A stretch of 64,000 bases of DNA from Amoebidium appalachense. Taxonomy: Eukaryota; Protista; Ichthyosporea. The stretch spans positions 1,178,001 through 1,242,000 of the forward strand of contig CAVNZM010000006.1 in assembly GCA_963693365.1 (NCBI GenBank). The letters run 5' to 3'. Of the stretch, positions 53,248 to 64,000 are shown piece after piece. Below the pieces are notes generated by a model that did not search any database, was not told the origin of the DNA, and saw nothing but the letters and a program-made list of their open reading frames with translations. The stretch's first letter is position 1. Each line of letters opens with the position of its first letter. A program made the position numbers and the translations under genes.

Positions 53248-53490
53248 GGTGCCATTGTTCGTGAATAATACGCGAAATAAGAGAATACACAAGTATTAGG
53301 TGCCAGGAGTTGAGGAATAATTCGTAGTTTAAGAGAATACCCAAAAACTTGGTGCCACAGTTCAGGAATAATGTGCAAAGTAAGGAAACACTCAAGAATT
53401 TGGTGTCCGTGCCCATGAATAACGCGCGAAACAAGGGAATATCCAAGAATAGGGTGCCTTAGTTCATGAATAATAATGTGCGAAATACTG
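53248..53490. repeat. Diverged ~51-bp tandem repeat, ~5 copies
   Basis: Each unit begins GGTGCC and carries GAATAA...AAG(A/G)GAATA...CAA(G/A)AAT at constant spacing. Confidence 0.8.
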
Positions 53491-53948
53491 GTTAGTTTGA
53501 ATCCAATGTCGGACGTGTTGCAAGTCCTAATACTATCCTGTTTGTCTTTGCATTTCTATTCACTGCTGTTGACCACCTTGTGTTGCGCCCCCCCCTCCCC
53601 CCTCCCCCCCCCCCCCTCTCCCCTCCCTCTTCCCCTCCCTCACCCACCCACCCACCAATCCACCCACCCCCACCCCCTTCCATATGGCCTTCCTCCAACC
53701 CCTTCCCCCCTCCCCCCTCCCCCCTCCCCCCTCGCCCCCCCTCGCCCCCCCTTCCCCAACCCACCAATCCATCCACCCTCTCCCCCAAAGCCCTCCCAGC
53801 CCCAACCTCCCACCCCATACCCCTTACCCAGGGTACTGGGGGAACCCCTCGGGCCATCCCCCCCTTCCCTTCAAGCTGCCCTCCCCATCCCCCCCCTCCC
53901 CCCCCTCCCCCCTCCCCCCCAACCCTCCCCCTCCCCTCCCCCCGGCCC

Positions 53949-53996
<48 letters not shown>

Positions 53997-54637
53997 ACAC
54001 ACACATTTTTTCTCCCTCCCGCCCCTGGCCCCGTGCCCCCACCCAGACCACGGATCTATGGACGCCCCTCCACAAAAGTTGAAATACTTCCTTCGTGATA
54101 AGGATTTTAGACACTTGGTAAGCCGATGGCAGGCATTGCAGCTGCAGCACGGGCCACCAGAATCGGATTCCCAAACCATTAATCGGTATATTTGGCTATA
54201 CGAAACGGTGACCCATGCTTTTCATTGATTTCCGGACCCCCTTGGCTCAAACTCCGAAGCTGGCTGAAAGTTAACCTTTCTTGAGGTAAAGGATGGCGTG
54301 TAGATAGTGAAATGTGCCTCAATATGCGTAAATGTGTGGGTTCTGACATACTTCACATTCGCATAAACCCCCCCTTTCCCTGGGGGGGGTCCCACTTACA
54401 CAAAGATCTGATCATAGATAGGCTTGCTAATTTGAATGGGCATTTCCAGATACAAATTTGTCGCCATAGCGGAATAAGGTGAATTTCGCCCATGTGTTTT
54501 TATGGTCGACCACCCCCGGGTACTGCACATAACCATACTCGTACATCTTCAATGTCTTCACAGGTTTTTTTTCCTCTGCCAGGACCTCCTTTGCTGCCCC
54601 CCCCCCCTCCCCCCTCCTCCAAAGAAGCGTGCGCGCG

Positions 54638-54705
<68 letters not shown>

Positions 54706-54821
54706 CCACGGTGACGGCAACCCCCGGTGCCTCCTTTCGTCATTGGGATTTCCACAAAACACGGTATACACCGGTGGGTAACCCGGCCCCCGGGCATGCC
54801 TCCTTATTTCTAAATATTCAT

Positions 54822-54862
<41 letters not shown>

Positions 54863-54901
54863 ATCACCACCACCACCACCACGTGGCACCACTACCACCA
54901 C

Positions 54902-54951
<50 letters not shown>

Positions 54952-54954
54952 CGT

Positions 54955-55003
<49 letters not shown>

Positions 55004-56010
55004 GTACACACACACACACACACAACACCACCACCACCACCATCACCAAAAAAAAACCTCAACCTTGTCCCATCCAGACAGTCCCTCATCATCCCGGATT
55101 TGATTAATAAAGTGGGTTTGGCGACCCCCAGTTTGGTTCCCCCCTGATCAAAGAAAACCGGGCTCGGGTGAGGCAACCGAGGGCTGTAGGACTCTCGAGA
55201 TAGTTTTGGCTTTATCCACTGAACACGATATCCTTCTAGGTTGATGCCATTATAGAATAAACATGGATACCGATAGTATCATGTTTTTGGTCAATGGGAG
55301 CCCCCAAGCTTTTTTGGTGGGGGGGGGGGGAGGAAGGGGGGGGGGGGGGGGGTGGGAAAGGGGTCTATGGGAATGTGGTGATCATTACATCCCCCCCCCC
55401 CCCCCCCCCCCCCCCCACCACCACCACCACCACCACCATTACTACTTGGCTGCACACGTGCACCGTTTAACTCAATTTGATCACTTTTGCGCTTGTTGTC
55501 ATGCATGCGGAGGGGTGCCGGCCGCCATCCCATAGTCCCATTTTCACCCTCCACTGTACCCCTCACATGCATGCATGCCTCTAGTTGGTCCTCGAGAATA
55601 TTACCACTTCTGACACCTCCTGCAGCACTACACCTACCAATAATCTTTCCCTGCCATTTGCACTACACCATTTTTATGGGCCCGCAGAGTACATGGGTTG
55701 CAAGTTTTGTCCATGCCTCGCCACTATGCAATCCCCAAACCCACACTCACGCGGCATCGCCAGCCGCTCACACTGACTGACTCGCGCATCTTCTGAGGCA
55801 GACACGATCGAGCACAACAAAACACACATCGTTCTTAACCTACGTCACCAAGTAGTCACGGTAGCACACTCACACGCACACACCCCCTCCCTAGTGCACA
55901 AAAGTTTTGCTTGTCCGGCTCTCCGGCTGGCGGGACACTCACAATCACACACAGACGTGCGCCCGTGTCACACACACACACACACACATACGTGCGCGCG
56001 CGTCACACAC

Positions 56011-56048
<38 letters not shown>

Positions 56049-56661
56049 GCGCGTCACACCCACCCACCCACCCACACACACAAACCATCTTTTTTTGTAC
56101 TCTCGACCGTGGCGCTCAACGGGCAACAAGGAGAGGTGTGGACATCAGAGGAAATATGATATTATGATGGTCATCAAAACTTTCCGCCAGTGCGCCCATC
56201 TCACCGGGGAGGGCGAAGAACCAAATTAAATCCAGCTTTCCAGCTGCATAAATGTGATTGGTTAAGTGCATCATGGGCGTGGGGGGGGGGGGGGGGGGGG
56301 GGTGAAGGTAATATGGTAATGAAGTCGGCCTGATAAAACGTTTTTCGCATCATCTTGCCTTGTACATACACCGTGCAGAATCAGGATTGGGACTGCACAC
56401 AAAACTTTGGTTGGAGAATTTTTTTTCATGACACCTGCCGCTCTCGTATATGTGCTCATTAGGCATCGATAACGTCATCTGATTAGATGGGCTGACCCAC
56501 TGGGCCCCCCGCGCGCCGGCTATTTTAGCAACTAATAATATTTACTACGTAAATCTATAAATATAAAAATACTATGCATACGAGGGCCATCCAGGCAGAA
56601 ACCTACCACAGGCATACTCCTGTGTAAACATCATATCTCTGCAACCTTTTTTTGGTTAAGT

Positions 56662-58128
56662 CTAGCAGCACCACAAACACGGGCGGGCACATGCAGCCAG
56701 CGACAGGGAGCCACCCGAAAGGGAGCTGTCGATGGTGCCGGAGAAAGAGGTGGCGTCGTAGGTACCCAGGGCTCTACGAGCCTTGTAGTTCTCTGTGGAT
56801 GGAGAGACGGCGTGTCAGACAACTGAAACAAATCAACCATCCCACTGAAGCAAGGATGCTAAAATTTCGAAACGAAATGATATTTGACTTGCCTGCTCTT
56901 TTTCCTTGTTCATGCAACTTCATGCCCACATTTTAAGCCGATTATGTGGAGTTGGTATTGACAAAGAAGACATCAGATGATGGGTAGAGGGAGAAGAGAC
57001 TAAAGATGTCGCATACAATGACCATTGTGAGGGGGCAAGGGGAACACACCGGTGTGCTGCCACAGGGTGTGTGTGGTGCCGTTGCCGTGGGTGAGGGTGA
57101 TGAGTTTGTCGTTAATGATCAGCAGCTCACTACCGACAGACGTGTAGAGAACAATGCGGTCGTTGGGCACGAGGTCGTAGCCCACAATGCCGAAAGCTCC
57201 GACGTGGCCGCTGGGGAGCGTAACATGCACCTGTGAAAGTCACTGTAAGAATATTATTTGAAACCATGATGAGAAAGGCTAAAAAGTAAGTGGAGAAATC
57301 ATGCACCCATGTTTTTGCCACCGACACTCGCCTCTGTGAACATACTTCCCTAACAGTTGATGGGAGCGTAAACGTAGGTGAAACATGCATCAAAATTTTG
57401 AGACTGACAAACTAAAAAACAGAGCAGCATAATTCCGTACCTTGCTAAGCTTGTCCAGAGCAACAGGCTCCAGCAGGGGTAGGTCCTGGAGGGCGGCCTT
57501 GTACTGGGCCTGGCGCACCATCACGGTCTCGCCATCGACCTTGTTTGTCAGAGCATCACCCACCATCGAGGTATCCTTGGTCATCACTACCACGGCCCAC
57601 ACAAGGCCAACTGTAGCAACAACCATCAGGACACCGGCCGCGGCGGCGGCAAGGAGGCCCCACATCAGACGGCGGCCACGGGTCTTGCTCTTCTTGTATG
57701 CCTTGGCGGCACTGAGGGAAAGAGCGAAATTTTAGACACTTTCTTTGGTCTAACACATTGAAAACAAGCATCCGATTGGACATCGCATGATCAACGAGGA
57801 AAGTTGTGTAGTTCCTGAGCTCTCTGGAAATCTAGAAATTACGGGAGTTCAAAATTGTAGGAATTTACTGTGGAATAGTAGAGTACACCAACAATACGCA
57901 AAATCATGCAACAACGAAAAAACGTCCAGACGTGCGGAGACAGAAGTACACCTACTGTGTGAGATCTGAGGAGTCGATAATGCCATCACAGTTGTCATCA
58001 AAAGCCGTCATCATCTTGCGGTACTGGGGGGGGAAGTCGGAGATGGGGATCTGCAGGACGGGGGTGCCCTTGCCCTCATAGTCGAGGTCAAGGCAGTCGT
58101 CCATCTCGGGGGTAGTATGCTTCGTCAT
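56662..58128 (-). CDS. EF-hand + transmembrane protein with Cys-rich C-terminal peptide, 251 aa
   Basis: Phase-consistent exons 58128-57956, 57711-57441, 57230-57050 and 56792-56662. EF-hand loop DDNCDGIIDSSD, basic stretch KAYKKSKTRGRR, hydrophobic segment LMWGLLAAAAAGVLMVVATVGLVWAVVVM, a beta-rich domain, then ...YKARRALGTYDATSFSGTIDSSLSGGSLSLAACARPCLWCC*. The last exon is absent from the ORF track and was inferred from CTGAC...CACAG and codon bias. Confidence 0.8.
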
Positions 58129-60583
58129 CCTGAAAGATCTCAATGTTAGAATTCGTGACATGGTGCTAATAATTGGATGCAAACTATAACAGAACCCTTA
58201 GCACTTACCGCCAGCAAGCAAATCGTTTCAGAAGCCACTTTCTTCACGAAATAGATACAAAAGCTCGAAAAAATTCGCTGTAGTTAGCTCCGTACCTCCC
58301 ATCTAGCACATTGGGTTCAACAACAACAAAAATGTTACACGATAATCCTTTAGACAACTCGAATGAGGACCTTGCAAGTCTTGTTGCACCTTCCACGTTT
58401 CACACAAAAACATGGCAACCGGTCCACTGTTACTCGGAGTGCAACACTTGCAACATCTCCGCGTGCCTCGTATACAGTTCTAGCTACATTGAAAAACTAT
58501 CACTATCCCACACATGTTACACACGGCCTGATACTCACTTATGGTCAACGGAGGTAGACTGCAGGCGGAGAGTACTGGTTTCGAAAGACATCACCTAGAT
58601 TTGAGGCGTAGAGAAGCACGAGACTTGCGCTCGTTGACTTCTCACGTACTAGTGCTACTTGCTTGGCTTGCTGATGACCTTTAGTGGGGGACAAAAATGC
58701 ACAAATGTACGAGTAGAGGGGTATAGCGACATAAACACGCAGCTACTGCGGTGCGATAACATGCAGTGACGTGAAATCAGCTACAACGCAATGGTCTTTA
58801 TGTGCAAATTATATCAGGCTAGCTATGGGAAAAATGTCACGCCAAAACCTTTTGTATGACATTACGCCAATAGAAATAACGATCCTGTTCTATCCGAAAT
58901 TCCGTATCCCGCTTCAACTAGTACTAACCCGAATTTCAAGCTTCAAATACACTCCCGCCGCCGCCGCCCGACTGACCGTTTGTCTGGTATCCATAATTCA
59001 AGCATTCGGGCTTCCTAGCAGAATTACATGATTGTGTATATTGAAATTTCTGCTTCTGGTTTATTTTTCAAAACACCTTATTTGATAGTCACATGCAGTA
59101 TAACGTTATGGTATGCCGCAGCCAATCGCTGCGTGTGTATGCCTCAACCCAAAAATCCAGATTCCTTGAATAGCAAACGATAAATGTGTATCTCTGCATC
59201 CAATCGTACTGCGCCAAATAATAATGGGAATGCAGGGTCAATAGCGAAGGGGTTTAGGGTGATCCTGATCATCCAGTGATTCCAGTCGCCGGCGAGTCCC
59301 CGGACAGCCAAGGTTTGTAACGCCCTTTCTGCGCTATTTACGCCTTGCCTTTTGTCCAATGACTCCCTTTGCCTGCTACATAATAAATTATAACGTCGTT
59401 TCTGCCTCGTAGAATATCTAATTAGATGTATTTATTCATATAATGGTTCATATTCAAAGTAACGTGTCGGCCTCGCTCGATCAAGTTTGTGATCTCTTAT
59501 CCTCTTGAACTGGCAGCAGTAGCAAGTCGTGTTTGTGACATACTGCCACGTGCGCTAGCGTGACTGGATCCTCGCACACACGGCATCGATCCACAGAACA
59601 TAAAGACTTTCATTACGGCTGGCCACACGCATGCAATTAAACACAAAAAAAAGGTTATGCCAAAAAAAAATACGCATACGTCGAATAAAGCCCACTCGAT
59701 ACTGCCCCCGTGGGCCTTGGTTCGAAAAAAAGCAATACCGTAAGATTTTTCCCGTTGTTGGCTGGAACTGAAAACTTAGACAATTACATGTCCTAGTTGC
59801 ATATCAAACTTATAACAGATATATTATATGTTCTACGACTCACTAAAACATAAACTTCATTACAGCCTGGCACCACCACTAACCACCACTCACTGTCAGT
59901 AGAATGACGGCCCCCTCGACCAAGCTTCACATTCCAATCATTCCACCCGACAATATGTACATGCCGTGGATCCTGCATCCCATGACCCGGTTGAAGGCCG
60001 CCGATAGTCTGCTCCGTGCTTCTTTTAGCTTTGCAGTTGGAGAAGACATTTAAAGTAAATTACCTCAAGTTATCAGGAAAGGATTCATCACTTGATGTTT
60101 CACCAAGTATATTGAAAGCCTGGTCCTACTTGGTTATGTCCTGATAATTTATATCGCTTTTCACTTCTTTTTTTAGAACTTCACAAATATGATATGTATG
60201 TATAAAAATATATTCTCCTTGGGCACTGGAACATTCTCAGGACACGAATTATCTGAGCACGTGCCGCGTTCTACCAACAACCCGGTTGAACCGTTCTGCC
60301 ACTCCACTTCCAAGTTGCAACCCCAGCCAGCTCGAGCCATGAAACACCTTTTCCCAACACAACTTGACACTTATTTTGGATCCGGAGGTCTCGAATGCCA
60401 GAGCGTTGGGGTGCAGCACTGGTGCTTCCTGCGTGTGGTGTTAGCTGCTACGGGAGTGTTTGCTGTGTCAGGTCACATGTACAGTATTTGTGCAAGTCGT
60501 CCTTGGACACTATACCAGGCTACTGTCTCTTTAAGGCAGACAGCGCGGCACAGACCTACCACCTACTGAGGCGGTGTCTCCTT

Positions 60584-60616
<33 letters not shown>

Positions 60617-61188
60617 CTTAAAAGGGACTAGATGTATAACGTCGCACGTGCGGCAACACGTCAGTACGTGTTAGGGCACAGACAGATATATTATGGGGTA
60701 CGTGACCTGAGACTCAGGCACATCACATTTGTCAGAGGCAAACGTAACCAACACTTTCATATTGTTGGCCTTTCCGTTTACTGTCCGTTTTGCTCTCTGA
60801 GTTAAACACGTGTGAGGTCTAACATATTAGTTTCTATATTTGGAACGGCCCTTTTTGAGCTCAAGCATCTAGGACCCTCGTGCCTGCAGCTAAGCTGGGC
60901 TAGTGCAATTGTCCCGAGCAGTTTGGTTAGTGTAGCAAGGTGCAGCAATTTCAGGACACATCACTCAGTAATAAAGGACCAGAACTTTGAATATACTGTA
61001 ATGCTGGCTTTCGAGGCCTCAGCCTAAACAAAGGCTGGCAGGTCTTATCGGAACGAATGTTTAGTAGGCCGGATACCACAACTCTCTCTACCCCCCTTTT
61101 TCTTTTCGATTTTTCCGTTTAATAGTATTCCATCCCACCCGGACCGAGTGGAACACACCCTCTCTGGGGTCCTGCTGGCAGCCAGGAA

Positions 61189-61244
<56 letters not shown>

Positions 61245-61430
61245 ACAGCAAAAAAAATAAAAAAAAGAGGAAAAAAAAAGAGAAAAAAATAAAATAAAAC
61301 TAAAACATGAAGCGTGTAGGATCCTAGAACAGTATGCACTCACAGCTGCAACATGTTCTCGTTCGTAACATTTACTCCCTAATTCAGCCCGTGCCTTTGG
61401 GCTCGTACTCCGTGTGGCACGAAGAAAAAA

Positions 61431-61486
<56 letters not shown>

Positions 61487-62511
61487 GGGCCCTTCTTACA
61501 AAACCTACAGTAATAGTGCTGGCCCTTCACTGGCCACGTCACGCCCACTCTCCACAACCCTTCTTGTCCGGCCCATGGCTCATACTAAGCGAACACGAGT
61601 GTTTATGTTGTCCTTGAAGAACTACCTCTGTAATTTCTATCGGGGACGCTTTTGGGGAACGCTGGGGCGCGATATAAATTATTTCAAGTACCGTTCAACG
61701 AAACCCAGCCCCACCGGAGCAAAGGGTTAAATGAAGTGGTGTTTGCTTCTCGGGAGATCCCTTGGGTGCTACTTTGTTGGGATATATCGTTCAACTTGCC
61801 AGACTATTTTTTTGTAGCAGAACAAGCAAGCACACCACTGATGATAGTAGGGCTCGTTTTATTAAGGAGAACTGGTGCACAAGCCACAGTGTTTATAATG
61901 CACAATGTGTATGTTCAAAAGATATTCAGCAATGCAAGTGGACGTGTCCATGTTTTCGATATGCATGATTGTATGCTGAGACTAGAGTGCTACAGGCTAA
62001 ACGTGAAATGATCCAGGGGAACCAAGGTATATATACGATAGTATATTTCAGAAACGACTAAAAAATTAGGAATATTTATAAAACAAACAAAAAAGTAGGA
62101 ATATTGTAGATCTAATGGGGTGAACTCGAATGTGCTGTTAATTGTTTCAACAGTCATCACTAATACATATTAGCCGCCCAGGCCAACATGCAATGTATGT
62201 GTCACCTCACCGAGCACATACATCTCTATTGGGAGAATATGACCTTGAAGAGGAGCCGCGGGGTGGGGGGGGAGGGGGGGGGGGGGGGGGGTTCCTAAGC
62301 GCCTGCGGGAAGGGGGGGGGGGGGGGGGGGGGCAAGGTAGGAAGGGGGTGGCCCACATAAACCCGTGATCAGGCCCCAGAGCATCTGGCCACCATGCTCC
62401 TTCCCCTCCCCCCATTCGCTCTAGTCTCCAAGGCTATGTACCCACTGGCTTACATAAGTGGCTGAGCACTACTACGCCGCGGGACGTCTCCAGCCGGGTC
62501 TATGTAATTCT

Positions 62512-62632
62512 GATGGGCAATCGGAACGCTTTATGAAAGTTTATTTTCCTAATGGGCAGTAGGAACACTTCCGTACTTCTGATGGGCAATAGGAACGCTT
62601 CCGCAATTTTGTTGTTGGGCAATAGGAACGCG
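62512..62632. repeat. Four spaced copies of TGGGCAATAGGAACGC-like motif
   Basis: Copies at ~62514, 62553, 62583 and 62616 with 0-2 mismatches and variable spacers. Confidence 0.8.
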
Positions 62633-63108
62633 GCGTTAAATTAATCTTGCGACTTTTAACCAACCATCTGCTGTAGATTTAAATTTGTTTGCGCAATCAG
62701 ACACTTTGTCTAGTGACTGTCGCCTGCGGCAACATACAAGGTATGTTGAGCCGGGCCGCAGGGAGACAGCACTCAAAGTGACTACATTCACTTCCCCTGC
62801 GGGCCACCCGCCCCACAAGCCACCACTCACATACACACTCGTACTACACACAGATCTGTCCGTAGTACGAGTGCTTATCAATTTAGGCACTAGACTAAAT
62901 ATAAGTGCTATTTTCTTCGTTCTAAAATGAGCTGTGTGGCTTAGCCTAGTGCACAGCTATAATTGCAGTTTTCACAACCCCCCCCCCCCCCCCCCCCCCC
63001 CCCACTTCGCAGGGCCTCCTCAACACACACACACACACATACACACACGCACACGCGCACACATACACACGCGCACACGCGCGCACGAACATACACGCCC
63101 ACGCGCAC

Positions 63109-63149
<41 letters not shown>

Positions 63150-63163
63150 CACGCACACACACA

Positions 63164-63203
<40 letters not shown>

Positions 63204-63582
63204 CAGACACAGACACACACACACTACCAAGACGTCTCACATTAGACATCGACCTCACCGTGTGGAGCAGGCGTGCCAGCTAGTACTTTGCAGAAATAAA
63301 TAGACGAATAAAGTTGAACAGAAAACTGTATTAAATGGCATGACATGCAGGCTTCCTTGCTTTCCGTTTATTATTGGGTCTGCTCCTCATCAGATATCAT
63401 GACGCACATGCACAGTCTCAACCCCATTTCAACAAAGCACATTGCAAATTAAATAGTGTGCTCGTCTGGTACTACACCTAGTAGGCCTACCCTTTGGACA
63501 AAAAAGGCAACACACTAAACTAAAATATACACATGACCAACACAATATATTAACAGCAGAGCATGATCATTGAGAAGCTCAG

Positions 63583-63613
<31 letters not shown>

Positions 63614-63694
63614 CCAACACTTTGGGACACAGCAGAGGAATACTATCATCAAAAATGTGTGGTTTTAGCAAAACAACAACATAACACGTTCACT

Positions 63695-63988
63695 TTACTG
63701 GGCTGCCTTTTTCCACTCCGCAAGCACGCGGGGGCCCTTCGACCTCACAAGGTCCTCCCCATTAGACAAAACCAATGTACCGTCCTGCTTTACGAGTGCC
63801 AGGGTTGGAATTCCGTTATTTCTCTTACATTTCAGCTCATCCTGCTCCACAGCGCCGAAAAACCCGTATCTTTTCTTAAGTTCCTGGCGCATGGGGTGAG
63901 AGAAGGGAACCATGAGCCAGTTGGCATGCATCTCGTGCATGTACTTGCGGGCCTCTGCCTCCGTCTTGTCTGAAGACACAAAGACAAC
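63695..63988 (-). CDS. Last exon of a nucleoredoxin/tryparedoxin-like thioredoxin-fold protein
   Basis: After a CAG acceptor (63991-63989): VVFVSSD...YM-x-EMH-x-NWL-x-VPF...ELK-x2-Y...GIPTL-x2-VK-x-DG, the C-terminal half of the nucleoredoxin-type fold. The active site lies outside the window. Confidence 0.88.
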   Translation of the reverse strand, partial: VVFVSSDKTEAEARKYMHEMHANWLMVPFSHPMRQELKKRYGFFGAVEQDELKCKRNNGIPTLALVKQDGTLVLSNGEDLVRSKGPRVLAEWKKAAQ

Positions 63989-64000
63989 CTGCTCCCCACC

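Noticed and set aside
54058-54800. Short protein-like frames (KLKYFLRDKDFRHLVSRW; MYEYGYVQYPGVV) as transposase or gene remnants
   Set aside because: No catalytic motif and no consistent exon chain could be built.

Overview
Eukaryotic nuclear DNA with GT-AG spliceosomal introns, dense (CA)n/(GT)n/(TGCG)n microsatellites and long G/C homopolymer runs. A unicellular opisthokont is my guess, but the taxon cannot be established from this window. Most ORFs in the six-frame track are low-complexity artefacts. Genes I could reconstruct by hand by following splice sites and reading phase: a LisH-motif exon (gene runs off the left edge); an unknown protein (3.8-6.2 kb); a single C2H2 zinc-finger protein whose finger is split by an intron; an 18-exon, ~1,940-aa INCENP orthologue with a clear IN-box; a 168-aa Cys-rich repeat protein with five CxCSxYxD[IMV]E units; a 4-exon secreted His-rich protein resembling bacterial metal-binding proteins; a 4-exon EF-hand/TM protein ending in RR|AL plus a Cys-rich tail; and the last exon of a nucleoredoxin-like gene. 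Mobile DNA includes a 5'-truncated RNase H-bearing LINE with a 15-bp TSD, a LINE nest at 17.4-25.3 kb (one uninterrupted 807-aa RT ORF and a nested insertion with an 11-bp TSD), another degenerate copy at 45-46.5 kb, a MITE-like element and several minisatellites. The best candidates for undescribed biology are the Cys-rich repeat protein with its metal/Ca/redox neighbours (42-64 kb), the EF-hand membrane pro-peptide, and an intron architecture in which acceptors lack pyrimidine tracts and exons are bracketed by G-runs and C-runs. No database searches were run.
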